Shown here piece by piece: positions 1 to 13,202 of a stretch of 64,000 bases of DNA. How positions within the stretch are numbered: position 1 is the stretch's first letter; every line of letters begins with the position of its first letter. The translations under genes and the position numbers were made by a program. Below the pieces are notes generated by a model that did no database searches, was not told where the DNA came from, and worked only from the letters and a program-made list of their open reading frames with translations. The stretch lies in the NCBI RefSeq assembly GCF_006345805.1, contig NC_043003.1, forward strand, positions 17,422,001 to 17,486,000, read 5' to 3'. Origin of the DNA: Octopus sinensis (lineage: Eukaryota).

Positions 1-2351
1 CTCTTAAATCATCTCGATGTTGAATGATGATGACACATATTGAAATAAAAAATGCCAAGTTTAAACATTACTCTAACTTATACTTAAATGATAGTTAATC
101 ATAATTACCAGTGTATAGATCAATATTTTTACTGGTTGATTATTGAAGCTTGCGGTATATATAGATGACAAAATAATTTGATTGAATTTAAGAGTTTTCA
201 AATTGGGGAATTTACACATTGTAAATTTGAGTATAAATTGAACATAATTATATATATATATACACATCTATATTGAAATAGATATTTAAAAATTTAAATA
301 TTATACTGCAAGTATAAGTTTAGTTAAAAGAATGCAGATAAGTTACAATTTTCTTAGTAAAACAAAATACTTATTTTACCAGTATTTTGTTATGGTTTAA
401 ACTATGCTTATTAACCCATAGGAGTCACTATCTCTATGCCATTGGAAATCAACAAGATTCCTATAAAATAATAACCAAATCTATGATTCAATACTTAATG
501 TTTGAAGTAGGTATTTCACCACTGCCTTAGTTTGTATATAAATGAAACAGTTACCCTACTGAAAACAAAACAGTGATATAAAATTAGTTTGTAAAATAAA
601 TAAGGCACTAACATTAACAACTATAAAAAGGAGGATATATAATTAGACAGTTAAGGATAGATTTACCCTTGTTTGCTAATTGTTAAAGTTTGTTAGAGAC
701 AATATAAATTGAAATTATAATTTTGTTTCAGCAGTTATGTATCATTTGTGTTGATTGCACACTGATGTCACGAAAAAAAAAACACATATTATTGAACACT
801 TAATAATAATTGCTGCATGTTTCCTGTCAATAGTTCGCTTCGTCACTACTAATCTCATTAATATTTGTCATTCCGCAGTGGTAACTTAGTAATGTAGCAG
901 TTTTCTAAAACCAATAGAAAAAAAAATTGTTATTTAGTTGATCAAATTCCTAACACTATTATGAATAGTGGTATTATAATTAACATGATGAACATGAACA
1001 TTATATCATCACTGTCTTATCACCAGTGTCTTTTCATAAACATCATCATAATGACATCCATCGAATCATCATGCTTTTTTAATATTGTCATCATCATCAT
1101 CATCACAAACATCATATTAAGTTACAATGAAAAGAATCAGAATATTTCTGACTATTGATAATAATAATTGTTTCTCAATAATATATATGTTTATTTCCAA
1201 TTGGATGCATATATATATATATATATATATATATACTAGTGATTTATCTAGAGTTTCTTTTAAACCAGTTCCAGAATATTGGAGAACTTTAGCCTACTTA
1301 TGAAAATATCTTAAAACTATATATATATATCTGAATGTAGTTTTATGTCTGAGTTGATTTATAATATTTATACAGAGTAGAAAGGAAAGAATAAAATCAA
1401 AGTATTTGATTTTAAATTGTTTCATAATCAAAAAATATATGATAAAATATTGGCTTTCCTTAAGACTGTAATACTTTCTACAAATTTCATTATATATTCG
1501 TTTATTATTCTTTTTGTTAATGTTATTGGAAAAATATATATTTTAAGATGGATGCATCTGAAGCATCATATTTTTTTAATTAATTATCTTTGAAAAAAAA
1601 AGTTATATATTTATTTGCCTTTAAGAAGTAATATATTGTTTCTGTTCTTAGCAAAATATATATTTAAAATAATAAATGATAACTACAATGTTTTGTTTCC
1701 TTTTCAGAAATGTAATTCTGTTTTAGACTGTTTTTAATATAATTTTCTATTATTTTGGGCTTCTATATATGGGATAGTGTAGTAACATTGAAATAATTTA
1801 TTGGATTAATTTATCAATAATTCTTGTACTTATATATGTGTGTGTACTAAATGAAAAGGAAATAAACTGATGACCAAAAGATGGAAATGTTCCATCGTGA
1901 CTACAAGCATAACTAACTAAAAGAACGGTAGCAATGGGATTGAGATATTGATACAAATAATTTCTTTGGTTTTAATTTGAAGCAGAATAATGAAAATACA
2001 TTGAAATTAGATAAGCAACAAGATATTATTTTATGACTAAAATAAGAACTAAATCATGCTTCTAGATAAAGAAACAAACAATAGTATGGCATTTAAAATA
2101 GTTCTGTAATAAAAGCAAAAATTATAATTTTGGCCCACAGAAAAGAAAATTTGGTGCATTTATTCAATTGTTTTCTTTTGTTTTTGTTTTTTTTTTACCC
2201 AATTATCTTGTTATAGGGTGATCACAGTAATCTTACACACAGAATTCCATCAAGTCGATACAACAAAATCAGGCAGAAGATCAAAGAGAAATACGTAAGT
2301 ATTAATGTAAAATTTATTATTATTGTTATTATTATTATTATAATTATTATT

Positions 2352-2403
<52 letters not shown>

Positions 2404-3891
2404 GCATTAGCATGCCAGGCAAATTGCTTAGTTCAAATTCTACCAAAGTTCACTTTGCCTTTCATCCTTTTGGGGGTCGATAATATAAGTACCAGTTGAA
2501 CACTTGGATTGATGTAATCAACTTTTCCCATTTCCCCCAAATTTCAGGCCTTGTGCCAATAGTAGAAAGGATTATTGATATTATTATCATTATTACTTTT
2601 GTAATAATTTCGATAGATGCACATTTTCCTATTATTATCCAGTGAAGAATTATTAAAAACAACCTTGCTTTAAGTAGATGTATATATTTCATGTCCCTCA
2701 TCAAAACTATTTTATTTACTTCTCTGAAGCTTTTGAGAAAAATATAAATATCACAAACCACATTTGGATTTATAATCTTGATTTCATATACTTATGATTT
2801 TAATCTCTGGAGTGTCATTGCTGTTCTTCAAACAAATATTATCCAGTGAAATATATCTTTTTTAATAAACTTGTAACTGGCTATTGATTAAGCGGAATGC
2901 TTGTCTCTAAAAGGTAGCCAGCAGATTAAGTGATATTAGCTGAAGTTCATACCAGTGTTCTTGAAGTTTAGCTGTTGCAAGATTTATCTCTCATTTTATA
3001 AGAACAGCAGCTGACTGAAATCTCACACATTTTGTTCTTAAAAGATATCATTCTTGGAAAATTTGAAGGCAGTCACACAATGATCCAGTTAAAGTGCTGT
3101 GAAAAAGTTATAAAACTACATGTTTCCTTATAATTTATCCTATCATTTTAACAGTTTTCCTTCTTAAAATCATAGGGTAAGAAATTATTGCTATATTTAA
3201 TAGCATAAAAGATACGTGGGCATATTAGACATAACCCAATTTCTGTATCACATATTCATATATGCTTATTGTATATTAGTTTTCTCTAGAGAGGGTTATT
3301 TTGTTATTCAAACAATTTTTTGTTTTCTCATCAGATGAATTAGCGCTTTCTATGATTAGGCTTTGAACGTTGTAAAGTATAATCATTAACAAAACAATAA
3401 AATATATCTTTCATGTTCCTTCCACCCGTCCTGTGCCAGTAGCTTTGCGTTTTCAGTAATACAGTAATAATCTGATTCATGATTGATAAGATATTTAATC
3501 AGTATATATTTGTAATCGATGCCTTACCAGTAAAAGTGACAACAATGTGTATGTGTGTGTGTGTGTGTGTGTGTGTAAAGTGGTACATATTCATAAATAT
3601 TTAGAGAGTAAAAGTAACAATTACACTTGTGTGTATGCAAATATGTATATATACATATCATTTTAATTTTCAATATTATAAATATATTATTGTTAATCAG
3701 AATATTTTAATGACAATAATTCAAAATATTACTTTCTTTCGTAATATTTTCAAACTGTTTTGCAAATGCTGTAGATAGTCCTAAAAATGTTAAATAAACG
3801 CTTCTAAAATAGAAATTATTAGCATTTCCGTTTATTTTTATACCTAATAAAAATGTTCTCAAACTAATAAACATTTTTTCTCCTTATCTAG

Positions 3892-3994
3892 GCTGATTGG
3901 CCTCAACCAATGCCCGCCATTGGTCGTATTGCTAACTTCAGTTCATTGCGTAAACACAGACCCAAGGAGTACCAGATATATGATACCTACTTTG
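3892..3994 (+). CDS. unc-22: Twitchin exon 1 in window: C-terminal regulatory (autoinhibitory) tail of the kinase domain
   Basis: ttatctag|GCT...TTTG|gtaagg. Translates ADWPQPMPAIGRIANFSSLRKHRPKEYQIYDTYF, nearly identical to the Aplysia twitchin kinase regulatory tail as recalled (ADWPAPQPAIGRIANFSSLRKHRPQEYQIYDSYF). Phase 0 to 1. Confidence 0.95.
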
Positions 3995-4639
3995 GTAAGG
4001 ACCATCTTATCTGATTAAAATTCAATTATCTAACTTTAATATCATACACTTTTACCCTTTTTACTGATTTCAGCGATTCCACAGTGGTCCCATTAACACA
4101 CAGTGATATTGTATATCTAAGTTCTAAAAAATTACATCAGGAAACTGATAAAAATCTCTAGATTATATAAAAAATCATTACAATAAAACACTTGTATCAA
4201 TGTGCAACTGAATCACACATGATAAAATAAATAATACTAGTGAATTTAAAGCAGCAATCTTTGATAAGCAATTCAGTTGTAATTATTTTTACCAGATAAA
4301 ATTTTGAAGAACTATAAAGTTAAAATTATAAATCAAGAAATCAATTATGATTCGTGAACAATCTTCATTAAAATAGTTTGAAATATATTAATTTAACTTC
4401 ATTCGGTCAGCTTCTTTTACTAATATTGTACATATTGGTTGTCCAAGATGAATGCAATATAGTGAATATTATTAAAAATATGTAATAATAATAATAATGA
4501 ACTTAATTCATACAGTGCTGAGGTGCACTGCAATAGCTGCACTATTGAAAATATGCAATATTTTTCCCATCATGTGATTAAACTATAAAGACCAGTTATT
4601 CTAATAAAAAAGACAAATAAGAAATATTAAAAAGTAGAA

Positions 4640-5108
4640 GAAATCAAAATCGAAATCAAATTCGATGACTGGCATCCATGCTAGTGGAGTGCTAAGAGCA
4701 CCATCTGAGCGTTATCATTGTCAGAGCAGCTAACTAGCTTCCATGCCGGTGGCACATAAAAATCATCATAAAAGCATCGTTACCAGCGTCGCCTTACTGG
4801 CACTTGTGCCGGTGGAACATGAAAAATATTCGCGTGAGGTCATTGCCAGTGCTGCTGGACTGGCTCATGTGCAGGTGGCATGTAGAAAACACCATTGCCA
4901 GTACTGTCTGAATGACCCTCGTGCCGGCAGCATGTAAAGGCACCCACCACACTCTCGGAGTGGTTGGCGTTAGGAAGGGCATCCAGCTGTAGAAACTCTG
5001 CCAGATCAGATTGGAGCCTGTTGCAGCCATTTGGTTCGCCAGTCCTCAGTCAAATCGTCCAACCCATGCTAGCATGGAAAGCGAACGTTAAACAATGATG
5101 ATGATGAT
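4640..5108 (+). mobile_element. SINE-like family F with (GAT)n tail (other copies near 5930, 11770, 21320, 25360, 25890, 43240, 46900, 52880, 62960, 63830 plus; 31285, 40900, 52215 minus)
   Basis: Recurring GGCGTTAGGAAGGGCATCCAGCTGTAGAAAC...AACCCATGCTAGCATGGAAAG..CGTTAAAC(GAT)n. Confidence 0.85.
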
Positions 5109-5634
5109 TTGCATACCCAATACAATATTTACATAGCACCCTTGTATTTATCTGAATACTACGTTACAAAAAGCTTGATAAACATTTTATACGTGTGAGA
5201 TATATTCACTAACATACTTTTAGAATATATGAAAGAGAGACAAAATGTTTATAAATCCATTAGGATGCACTATAAATATTTTCTTTCATATCAATGTAAA
5301 CGAACCTATTACAATATATTAATAAAAAGTTTCAGATAAATGTTTATTACGATATCAGAGTGACTATGAAAATGATTAGAATACAAATATCAAATTCCAA
5401 TAATCTGTTGTGTCTGGGGAGAGTCATTTTAATTTTTATGCCTTTTACACTCACCGGTAAAATTTGCACTTATTTCTTATTTTTATTTTCCTAAAATTTT
5501 CGTTGCGTCTTGCAACCTTTTCAATAGTCTTGACTCATATAAAGAATCTTGCAAACCAAATCAAAAAACGAAATTCCAATAATGAAATATAATAGCAAAA
5601 ATGCAATCATAAATATTATTTGTGTCTTATTCAG

Positions 5635-5752
5635 ATCGCCGTGAAGCTGTTCCTCGCTTTGTGCGTAAGCCACGTAATGTTTTGGCTGGTGAAGGCCAAA
5701 TTGCTAAATTTGACTGCAAAGTCATTGCAGTTTCACCTCCTATTATTACATG
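5635..5752 (+). CDS. unc-22: Twitchin exon 2: first half of post-kinase Ig domain 1
   Basis: ttcag|ATCGC...ACATG|gtatgt. DRREAVPRFVRKPRNVLAGEGQIAKFDCKVIAVSPPIITW. Phase 1 to 2, in frame with exon 1. Confidence 0.95.
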
Positions 5753-6310
5753 GTATGTATCATAATTTATAATCTACATTATATATGTGAAATTAATTAT
5801 ATATTATAATTGTTTTAAAGGAATTAAAATTTCTCATCTGAAATTAACAGGGTATATTTTACTTACTTGAGAGGTTAGCATGCATTAGCTTCTCAACACC
5901 TGTTATAAAGACACCTCCTTCTCAACTACAACTTCACTCTGCCAAAGGTGGTTTTTCATTGAGTTACCTGGCAACCTTAATATTGCCAGTAGCACAAAAA
6001 ACGTACACACTACACTCTGTAAAACGGTTGGCATTAAGAAGGAAATTCAGCCATAGAAACCATGCCAAAGCAGACAATGGCGCAAAACCCAGTCCTCTGG
6101 CTCATCAGATTCTGTTGAACCATTCAACTCATGCCAAGAAAGAAGACCAAATTTAAAAGACGACGATGATGATGGTGATGACGATGATGATGGCAATGAT
6201 GATGATGATAAAGACGATGAGGATGGGAATGGCTATATAGTTAAGATGTTCACTTCACAACCATAGGATCTTGGGTTCAGACTTTTACTATGACCCCATA
6301 TTGTGATTTG

Positions 6311-6616
6311 TGGAGGCACATGGCCTAGTGGTTAGAGCAGCGGACTTGTGGTCGAGGGATCATGGGTTCAAATCTCAGACTGGGCGATGTGTGTGTTTAT
6401 GAGCGAAATCCCTAAGCTCCACGCAGCTCCGGCAGAAGGTAATAGCGAACTTCTGCTGACTCTTTCGCCACAACTTTCTCTCGCTCTTTCCTCCTGCATT
6501 TTGCAGTTCACCTGCAACGGACCGGCGTCGTGTCCAGGTGGGGAACATATACGCCAAGGAAACCAGGAAACCGGCTCTTACGAGCCAGGCATGGCTCAAG
6601 AAGGAACAAACAAAAA
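6311..6616 (+). mobile_element. tRNA-derived SINE, family B (also ~37845-38132 and ~55378-55682)
   Basis: A box TGGCCTAGTGG and B box GGTTCAAATC, shared body, A-rich tail. Three similar copies. Confidence 0.85.
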
Positions 6617-6665
6617 AAGAACATATTATGATTTATATTTATTTAAATTTTTTTTTTTCTAATAG

Positions 6666-6838
6666 GGCAAAGGAAGATTCCATACTCACTCAGAGTGTAA
6701 AACATATGCAGAAATACAATAACAACGAATATGAACTGAAGATCAGCAGACTGAAAGTTGACGACAAGGGTGAATATGTTGTAAGAGCAGAAAACTCTTT
6801 TGGTAGCCGTGAAGAAGTTGCTATACTTAAAGTCGAAC
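6666..6838 (+). CDS. unc-22: Twitchin exon 3: second half of post-kinase Ig domain 1
   Basis: aatag|GGCA...GAAC|gtaagt. AKEDSILTQSVKHMQKY...DDKGEYVVRAENSFGSREEVAILKVE carries the I-set DxGxY motif. Phase 2 to 1. Confidence 0.95.
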
Positions 6839-6983
6839 GTAAGTGCACCTTTAACGAAATTTTATTTCATATATTAATTGAAAACAAAAATCTTGCATTC
6901 AATATTTTAACATCTGTGATCAGTTTCAAAAGTATATAAAAATAAATAGCTTGGCATTTTAAATTATTGTGTATATATATATG

Positions 6984-7226
6984 GTGGAGGTGCATAGCTT
7001 AGTGGTTAGGGTGTCAGCATCGTGATCGTAAGATTGTGGTTTTGATTCCTGGACCGGGCGATGCGTTGTATTCTTGAGCAAAACACTTCATTTCACATTG
7101 CTCCAGTCCACTCAGCTGGCAAAAATGAGTAATCCTGCGATGGACTGGCGTCCCATCCAGCTGAGGAACACATACGCCATAGAAACCGGGAAACCGGGCC
7201 CATGAGCCTGGCTAGGCTTTAAAAAG
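6984..7226 (+). mobile_element. tRNA-derived SINE, family C (also ~44828-45030 minus, ~29630-29720 minus, degenerate ~10500-10760)
   Basis: tRNA-like head and a shared 3' end CATGAGCCTGGCTAGGCTT(T)AAAA. Confidence 0.8.
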
Positions 7227-7626
7227 GTGAGAAAGAAATATATGTGTGTATGTGTGTGTGTGGAGGTGCAATGGTCCAGTGGTTAGGGTGGCAGACTCAC
7301 AGCCGTAGGATCATGGTTTTGATTCCCAGACTAGGCGTTGTGAGTGTTTATTGAGCAAAAACACCTAAAAGGTCCACGAGGCTCTGGCAGGGGATGGTGG
7401 TGAACCCTGCTGTACTCTTTCACCACAACTTTCTCTCACTCTTTCTTCCTACTTCTGATGTACCTGTATTTCAAAGGACCAGCCCTGTCACACTCTGTGT
7501 CATGCTGAGTCTCCCCCGAGAACTATTTTAAGGGTACACGTGTCTGTGGAGTTAATTTCATGAGCAGGCTGTTCCATTGGTCTCATCAAATTGAACCCTT
7601 GTCGTCATAACCGACATAGTGCTATG

Positions 7627-7658
<32 letters not shown>

Positions 7659-7860
7659 ATGTGTGTGTGTAATATATGTATTATTTTGACATTTTAAACT
7701 CTTTATTTATCTGTTTGTGTACTAATTTTTGCTTTTGGGTTTACGAAATTTAAAAATTCTAAAAGTTTATTTAAAAGAACATACACCAACTTTGATTGGA
7801 ACATTTAGAATACTCTGGGAAACTTGATAAACTGTAAATTTCCAATTCTTATTATTTCAG

Positions 7861-7912
7861 CAATGAGAGAAGTCAGCCGTCAACCATCTAGCCGTGAGAG
7901 TACACCTAAAAG
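7861..7912 (+). CDS. unc-22: Twitchin exon 4: 52-nt Ser/Arg-rich inter-Ig linker exon
   Basis: tttcag|CAATG...AAAAG|gtaatt. PMREVSRQPSSRESTPK. Phase 1 to 2, which reconciles the phases of exons 3 and 5. Confidence 0.88.
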
Positions 7913-9431
7913 GTAATTCAACTTCACATGCAAATAAATTTTGTTTTGTAATCTAATTACAATTATATTGAAATCTGATAAAAAAGTAAAATTATTTTGT
8001 TAAGTGCTTATAATGTTTTATTATTAACATATTCTTAGTTTATGTACTTCTAATTGTATTAAAAGTAAAAACACAGGTCTTAGCAATTTCAAAAAAAGAA
8101 ATAAGCTACAAATTTATATTCTAACTTTAAATTTCAAAATGTCTATCCTGACCCGTACATAAAATAATAATAATAAATAAAGATACTAAACACTAACCAA
8201 TGATCATGGTGATCAAAAGTCTGAGATTCAGTTTTTAATTGGAACAAATTATGAATTTTGTATCTGATGTGTCGATAGACATTAACACCCTTGTGTGATT
8301 AAAAGGTGGATTTGTAGAAATTTTACATGGCTGTGTGGTAAGTAGCTTGCTTACCAACCACATGGTTCCAGGTTCAGTCCCACTGTGTGGCACCTTGGGC
8401 AAATATCTTCTACTATAGCCCTAGACTGACCAAAGCCTTGTGAGTGGATTTGGTAGACAGAAACTGAAAGAAGCCTGTTGTATATATGTATGTGTGTGTA
8501 TATGTTTGCACGTCTGTGTTTGTCCCCCAACATCACTTGACAACCGATGGTGGTGTGTTTATGTCCCTGTAATTTAGCGGTTTGGCAAAAGCAACTGACT
8601 AAAGCCAGTGCTCCAGCATGGCCGCAGTCAAAGGACTGAAACAAGTAAAAGAGTAAAAGAGTAAAGAGTAATGTCTTGTTGAGACACAGGAGGAGAAGGC
8701 GTTGAAGTCTCATGTATTGGTAGTCAGAAGTTACATCTGTGAATACATTGCTTTGCCCCCACTTCATTAAAATCATATATCCACAACCAAGGATATAAAA
8801 GTATCACTAATTGTTCTGGGTTGCATAAGATATGAAAAACAGTTATTCTCTGTTCTTCTCTAATGTAAAAATGGTTATTTATAATGTCTGAAGTTTTATT
8901 GAGTTTGATATTTGGTAGAGACTTCTGTCCTAAACATCTTTTACAAAATAGTAAACTGTTTACAAAATAGTAAACTTCAGAAGAAAGATATTGTGGTGAC
9001 CATTCTTTCAGCAATTTTCTGGTTTTAAAACAAAACCCCACATAGAGATATCTGCTTAATGAATTATCTATAACTCTAGTTATTAATCTAAAATATATTT
9101 CAGTTATTTTGCTGTATCTTAGGAGGGTCATTATGTCAATAATAAACACATGCACTGGTTCTATTTCACTTTTATTGTTATTAATTGATTAGTTAACATC
9201 TAATCAATTAACTGATCAATTGTTTAATTAATCACTGAGTCAATCAATCAAGTTTGTCAAAGTCCTTTCATCACCATTCACAACCTCATCAATGACATAC
9301 CCTCTCAAACCCAGACCTGCTACAGGTTTTCTATTATCACACATCTTTACATCTTACGAACCAAATGCAAAATTTAACTAGATTATGTAAAACATGTTAG
9401 ATGAAAGACAAATCTCATGATAATATCTTAA

Positions 9432-9654
9432 CCTTTTCGTTACTGTATTTATTTTGAGATGCTCTGTGTTTCTTTCGATTATTTTAAATATAACAAAGAA
9501 TTTAGTAAAATAACTTACAGTTATCATTCAGCTAGTGTTAGGAACATAAATTGTGACTAAGGTTTGGTGGAAGATTTTAATTCAAAACTTATGGAAACAA
9601 GACATTTGTACTACAGACCTAGGAGCCGTTTGAGCCGGATTAGTAATGAAAGGG
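9432..9654 (+). mobile_element. piggyBac-like MITE, family G (tandem minus-strand copies at ~45690-45920 and ~45946-46170)
   Basis: TTAA|CCTTTTCGTTAC...GTAATGAAAGGG|TTAA gives short TIRs and a TTAA TSD. Confidence 0.75.
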
Positions 9655-9883
9655 TTAAGCATTGTATGCATAAATGAAATCATCATATGATTCAAAGTTA
9701 CATTTTTTCTAATATTTATTTTGTATAACATAATTACAGACGTCGATAAAATGATATCATTACAGTACAGTTAATGGTCGTAGCTTCCTTAGTATATGGA
9801 ACATTATTTTTCTTTTATTCCATTTAAAAAAATATTGATGCAACAAACATTTTTGAGTCAATTACTCTGTTTTACTTCAATAG

Positions 9884-10025
9884 GAAGCGTGTGTCACAAG
9901 AGAGAGCAGTTGAGAAACCAAAGGATATTCCTCCTTCATTTACTTTTGATCTTCGTGAAAGAATTATTCAGCTTGGTATTGGATTCAAGCTTCTGTGTAC
10001 AGTCGCAGCTTTGCCACATCCAAAG
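9884..10025 (+). CDS. unc-22: Twitchin exon 5: end of linker and first half of Ig domain 2
   Basis: aatag|GAAG...CAAAG|gtaaat. RKRVSQERAVEKPKDIPPSFTFDLRERIIQLGIGFKLLCTVAALPHPK. Phase 2 to 0. Confidence 0.93.
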
Positions 10026-10079
10026 GTAAATATACTAGTTTAACTACAATAATCTACTTATGTAATAGAACTTATCTAA

Positions 10080-10472
10080 ATTTTAGCATTCAAATTACTT
10101 TGTCAAAAGTAATGCATATTTATTCACATTGTTTTGAATTAATATGCATTGTCTCATAGCTTAAATATTTCGATGATGTGATTATTTATTTTCAGAATGA
10201 CATTGTGGGATAGGTGTGAGAGGTTGGATCTGGCCAGTTTAAATCATAACCTTTTAGCATTCAGATTATTCTGTCAAATGCAATGCTTATTTATTCACAT
10301 TGTTTCGAATTAATCATGCATTGTCTCACAGCTTTGAAATTTTAGTGAGGTCATTGTATGTTTTTAGAATGACATTGGAGGGTTAGTGGGAGAACCTGGG
10401 TCTGGCCGATTTAATCATAAAGCAGGTAGAATAATTGGCCAGATATGGCCAGTTTAAATGGTAAAGGGTTGA
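10080..10472 (+). mobile_element. piggyBac-like MITE, family H, two tandem copies (another at 54332-54542 on the minus strand)
   Basis: CC(T)TTTAGCATTCA...TAAAGGGTT termini. The 54332 copy is flanked by TTAA. Confidence 0.65.
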
Positions 10473-10827
10473 ATTATAACAATGTGTTATAGTGTGTTAT
10501 GGTGAAGGCACGTGGTCAAGTGGCTAGAGTGTCACACTCATGACCATAAGATCACGATTTCAATTCTTAGAGCCGGTGATATGTTATGTTCTTATGTAAA
10601 ACACTTCATTTCCCATTGTTCCAGGCCAATAGTTCCAACAATAGCAGGGAATTTAACCCTTGCATTGGACCAGCATCCCATTCGGTGGAGATGAGAGTAT
10701 TGTAATCTCAGTTACTTTTATTCCATGGAAACTGGCTTAAGTTCCAGCTTTATGAGTTCTAGGTCTCAAGACACCCAAGTGTTTGTAGTGTAATACATAA
10801 TATGTATTCTTCATGAATCATTATGAA

Positions 10828-10861
<34 letters not shown>

Positions 10862-11441
10862 GAAGGTGGGAGCTGGCAGAATCATTAGCACCCTGGATGA
10901 AATAATGCTTAGTGGTATCTTAACTAACGCTAAGTTCTGAGTTCAAATTCTGCTGAAGTCGACTTTGCCTTTCATCCTTTCAGGGTTGATAAATTAAGTA
11001 CCAGTTGTGTACTGGGGTCGATCTAATCAACTGGCGCCCCCTCACCCCAAATTTCAGGCTTTGTGCCTATAATAGAAAGGATTATTATTACTTTTATTAA
11101 ATTCTACTTCTCGGAGCTCTCAATTTTACTTGCTCCGGTTAATTCTGTGAAAGCAGTTAATTATGTTGTCAAGGGTCTCAAAGGGTCTCTTTCCATGAAT
11201 TATAAGATACGGTACTTAGATGTCAGGTATCATTGAAGATACTGAACACCCAAGTACCAATCAAAAAATCCTTGCTGTCTCCAACAGAATAGTTTTTTTT
11301 TGAGTATGTATTTATCCTCATATCAGTTTCAATTTCTCTGACATATTTCTCAAACTTGGTTGTTGGTGCTCCTACAACTACTGAAATGGCAGTTACTCTC
11401 TGTTATTATTATTATTATTATATTATTATTATTACTATTAC

Positions 11442-11475
<34 letters not shown>

Positions 11476-11480
11476 TGCAG

Positions 11481-11661
11481 GTCACATGGCTTAAAGATGG
11501 TAAAGAAATAAAGACTGGTGATCATTATATGGTTACTTATTCATATGGAATCTGTTCATTAGAAGTACACACAGCTGAACTTTCTGATGCTGGTAAATAC
11601 ACATGTATTGCAGAAAACTCACTAGGAGAGGTTCAGAGTTCATGCCGAGTGAATGTTGAAA
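11481..11661 (+). CDS. unc-22: Twitchin exon 6: second half of Ig domain 2
   Basis: ttgcag|GTC...GAAA|gtaagt. VTWLKDGKEI...DAGKYTCIAENSLGEVQSSCRVNVE. Phase 0 to 1. Confidence 0.96.
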
Positions 11662-12654
11662 GTAAGTATTTATTTACATTTGTTATATATTTGAAAATCT
11701 GCCTCCATAAACTTTGTTCAACAAATGCAAGTATATGTATATATATACATATATACAAAATTGCACCATTTGAGTGTGATCGTTACCAGCATTGCCTTAC
11801 TGGCACTTGTGCTGGTGGCATGTGGAGAACAACATTTGAGTGAGGTCGTTGCCTGTGCCACTGGACTGGATCCTGTGCAGGTGGCACATAAAAAACACCA
11901 TTTGAGCATGACTGTCACTAGTACTACTTGGCTGAGCCTCGTGCCAGTGGCATGTAAAAGCACTCACTACACTATCAGAGTGGTTGGCGTTAGGAAGAGC
12001 ATCCAGCTGTAGAAACGCTGCCAGATCAGATTGGAGCCCAGTGCAGCCATTTGGCTTGCCAGTCCTCAGTCAAACCGTCCAACCCATGCCAGCATAGAAA
12101 GCGGACGTTAAATGATGATGATGATGATGAGGTTATAGATGGTTTCAATAACTATTTGGATACTTCTCATCCATTAGACAAAATTCCGAAGTTATCCTTC
12201 TTTAATCTGAGTGCTCCAAACTACCATCAGAATAACTGTTGTTCAGTTAAATGGGAAAATCAAAGAATATAAAACATTCAGACATTAATGTTTTGCATTA
12301 ATATACTTCAAGCTATATATATTATATTGTACATTATGTTATATATATTATATTGCTCATAATAAACATAATAATTTTTTTTTGTTAGTATATTGTGAGG
12401 AAAAAATCATTTATATACATTTCCTTTTCTCTTTGAAAACTTGTCTGTGTCTAATTTCTGTCTCAACAAGCAAAATGAAGATGGCATGACTAATTGTTAT
12501 ATTAAATGCAACATCTAATATAAATACAAGTTAAAATCCCAATTCAAATCCTGCTAAATACAATCTTTGGTCTTGAACTATTCTATTAATAATTGAATCA
12601 ATTATTACTATCACTTTTCTAAAGAAAATTTCCAGTTAATATAAACATCATTTA

Positions 12655-13047
12655 GGCGTAGGAGTGGCTGTGTGGTAAGTAGCTTGCTTACCAACCACAT
12701 GGTTCCTGGTTCAGTCCCACTGCGTGGCACCTAGGGCAAGTGTCTTCTACTATAGCCTCGGGCCGACCAAAGCCTTGTGAGTGGATTTGGTAAACGGAAA
12801 CTGAAAGAAGCCCATCGTATATGTGTATATATATGTGTGTCTGCATTTGCCCCCCCCCCCAACATCGCCTGACAACCGATGCTGCTGTGCTTACGTCCTC
12901 ATAACTTAGCGGTTCGGCAAAAGACACCGATAGAATAAGTACTAGGCTTACAAAAAATAAGTCCTGGGGTCGATTTGCTCGATTAAAGGCAGTGCTCCAG
13001 CATGGCCACAGTCAAATGACTGAAACAAGTAAAAGAGTAAAAGAGAG
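12655..13047 (+). mobile_element. SINE family D with CORE-like CCTTGGGCAAGT segment and internal microsatellite (other copies near 8327, 22706, 23559, 30891, 37040, 37250, 38135, 48108, 52497, 59305, 61935 plus; 51965, 56597 minus)
   Basis: Head GTAGGAGTGGCTGTGTGGTAAG...GGTTCAGTCCC, internal (TA/TG)n and tail CAAGTAAAAGAGTAAAAGAG recur more than 12 times. Confidence 0.9.
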
Positions 13048-13202
13048 CTTGTTGAGTTTGCAATCAACTACCAGACATTTTGCTTCGTTTGTAAAATATG
13101 CTCAACCTGATCTATTGGGGGCTATTTACAATGATTAACTATATGTAAATTTAAAAAAATTCTATTGATTACTAATACTGCAAAACTATTTTCTTTTTAT
13201 AG

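Noticed and set aside
1866-1900. CTGATGA...GAAA hammerhead-like words (also the minus strand near 3310-3335, 36015-36040 and 53650-53670)
   Set aside because: Stem II does not close, or GAAA, stem III or stem I pairing is missing.
6348-6662. Recurring ORFs such as MVEGSWV..., MSHAWL..., MFTNHMVLG...
   Set aside because: They recur because they lie inside multi-copy SINEs, and frames and stops differ between copies.
8724-9155. 143-aa minus-strand ORF in non-SINE sequence
   Set aside because: No recognisable motif, AT-rich codon use typical of chance ORFs, and it is antisense within a twitchin intron.
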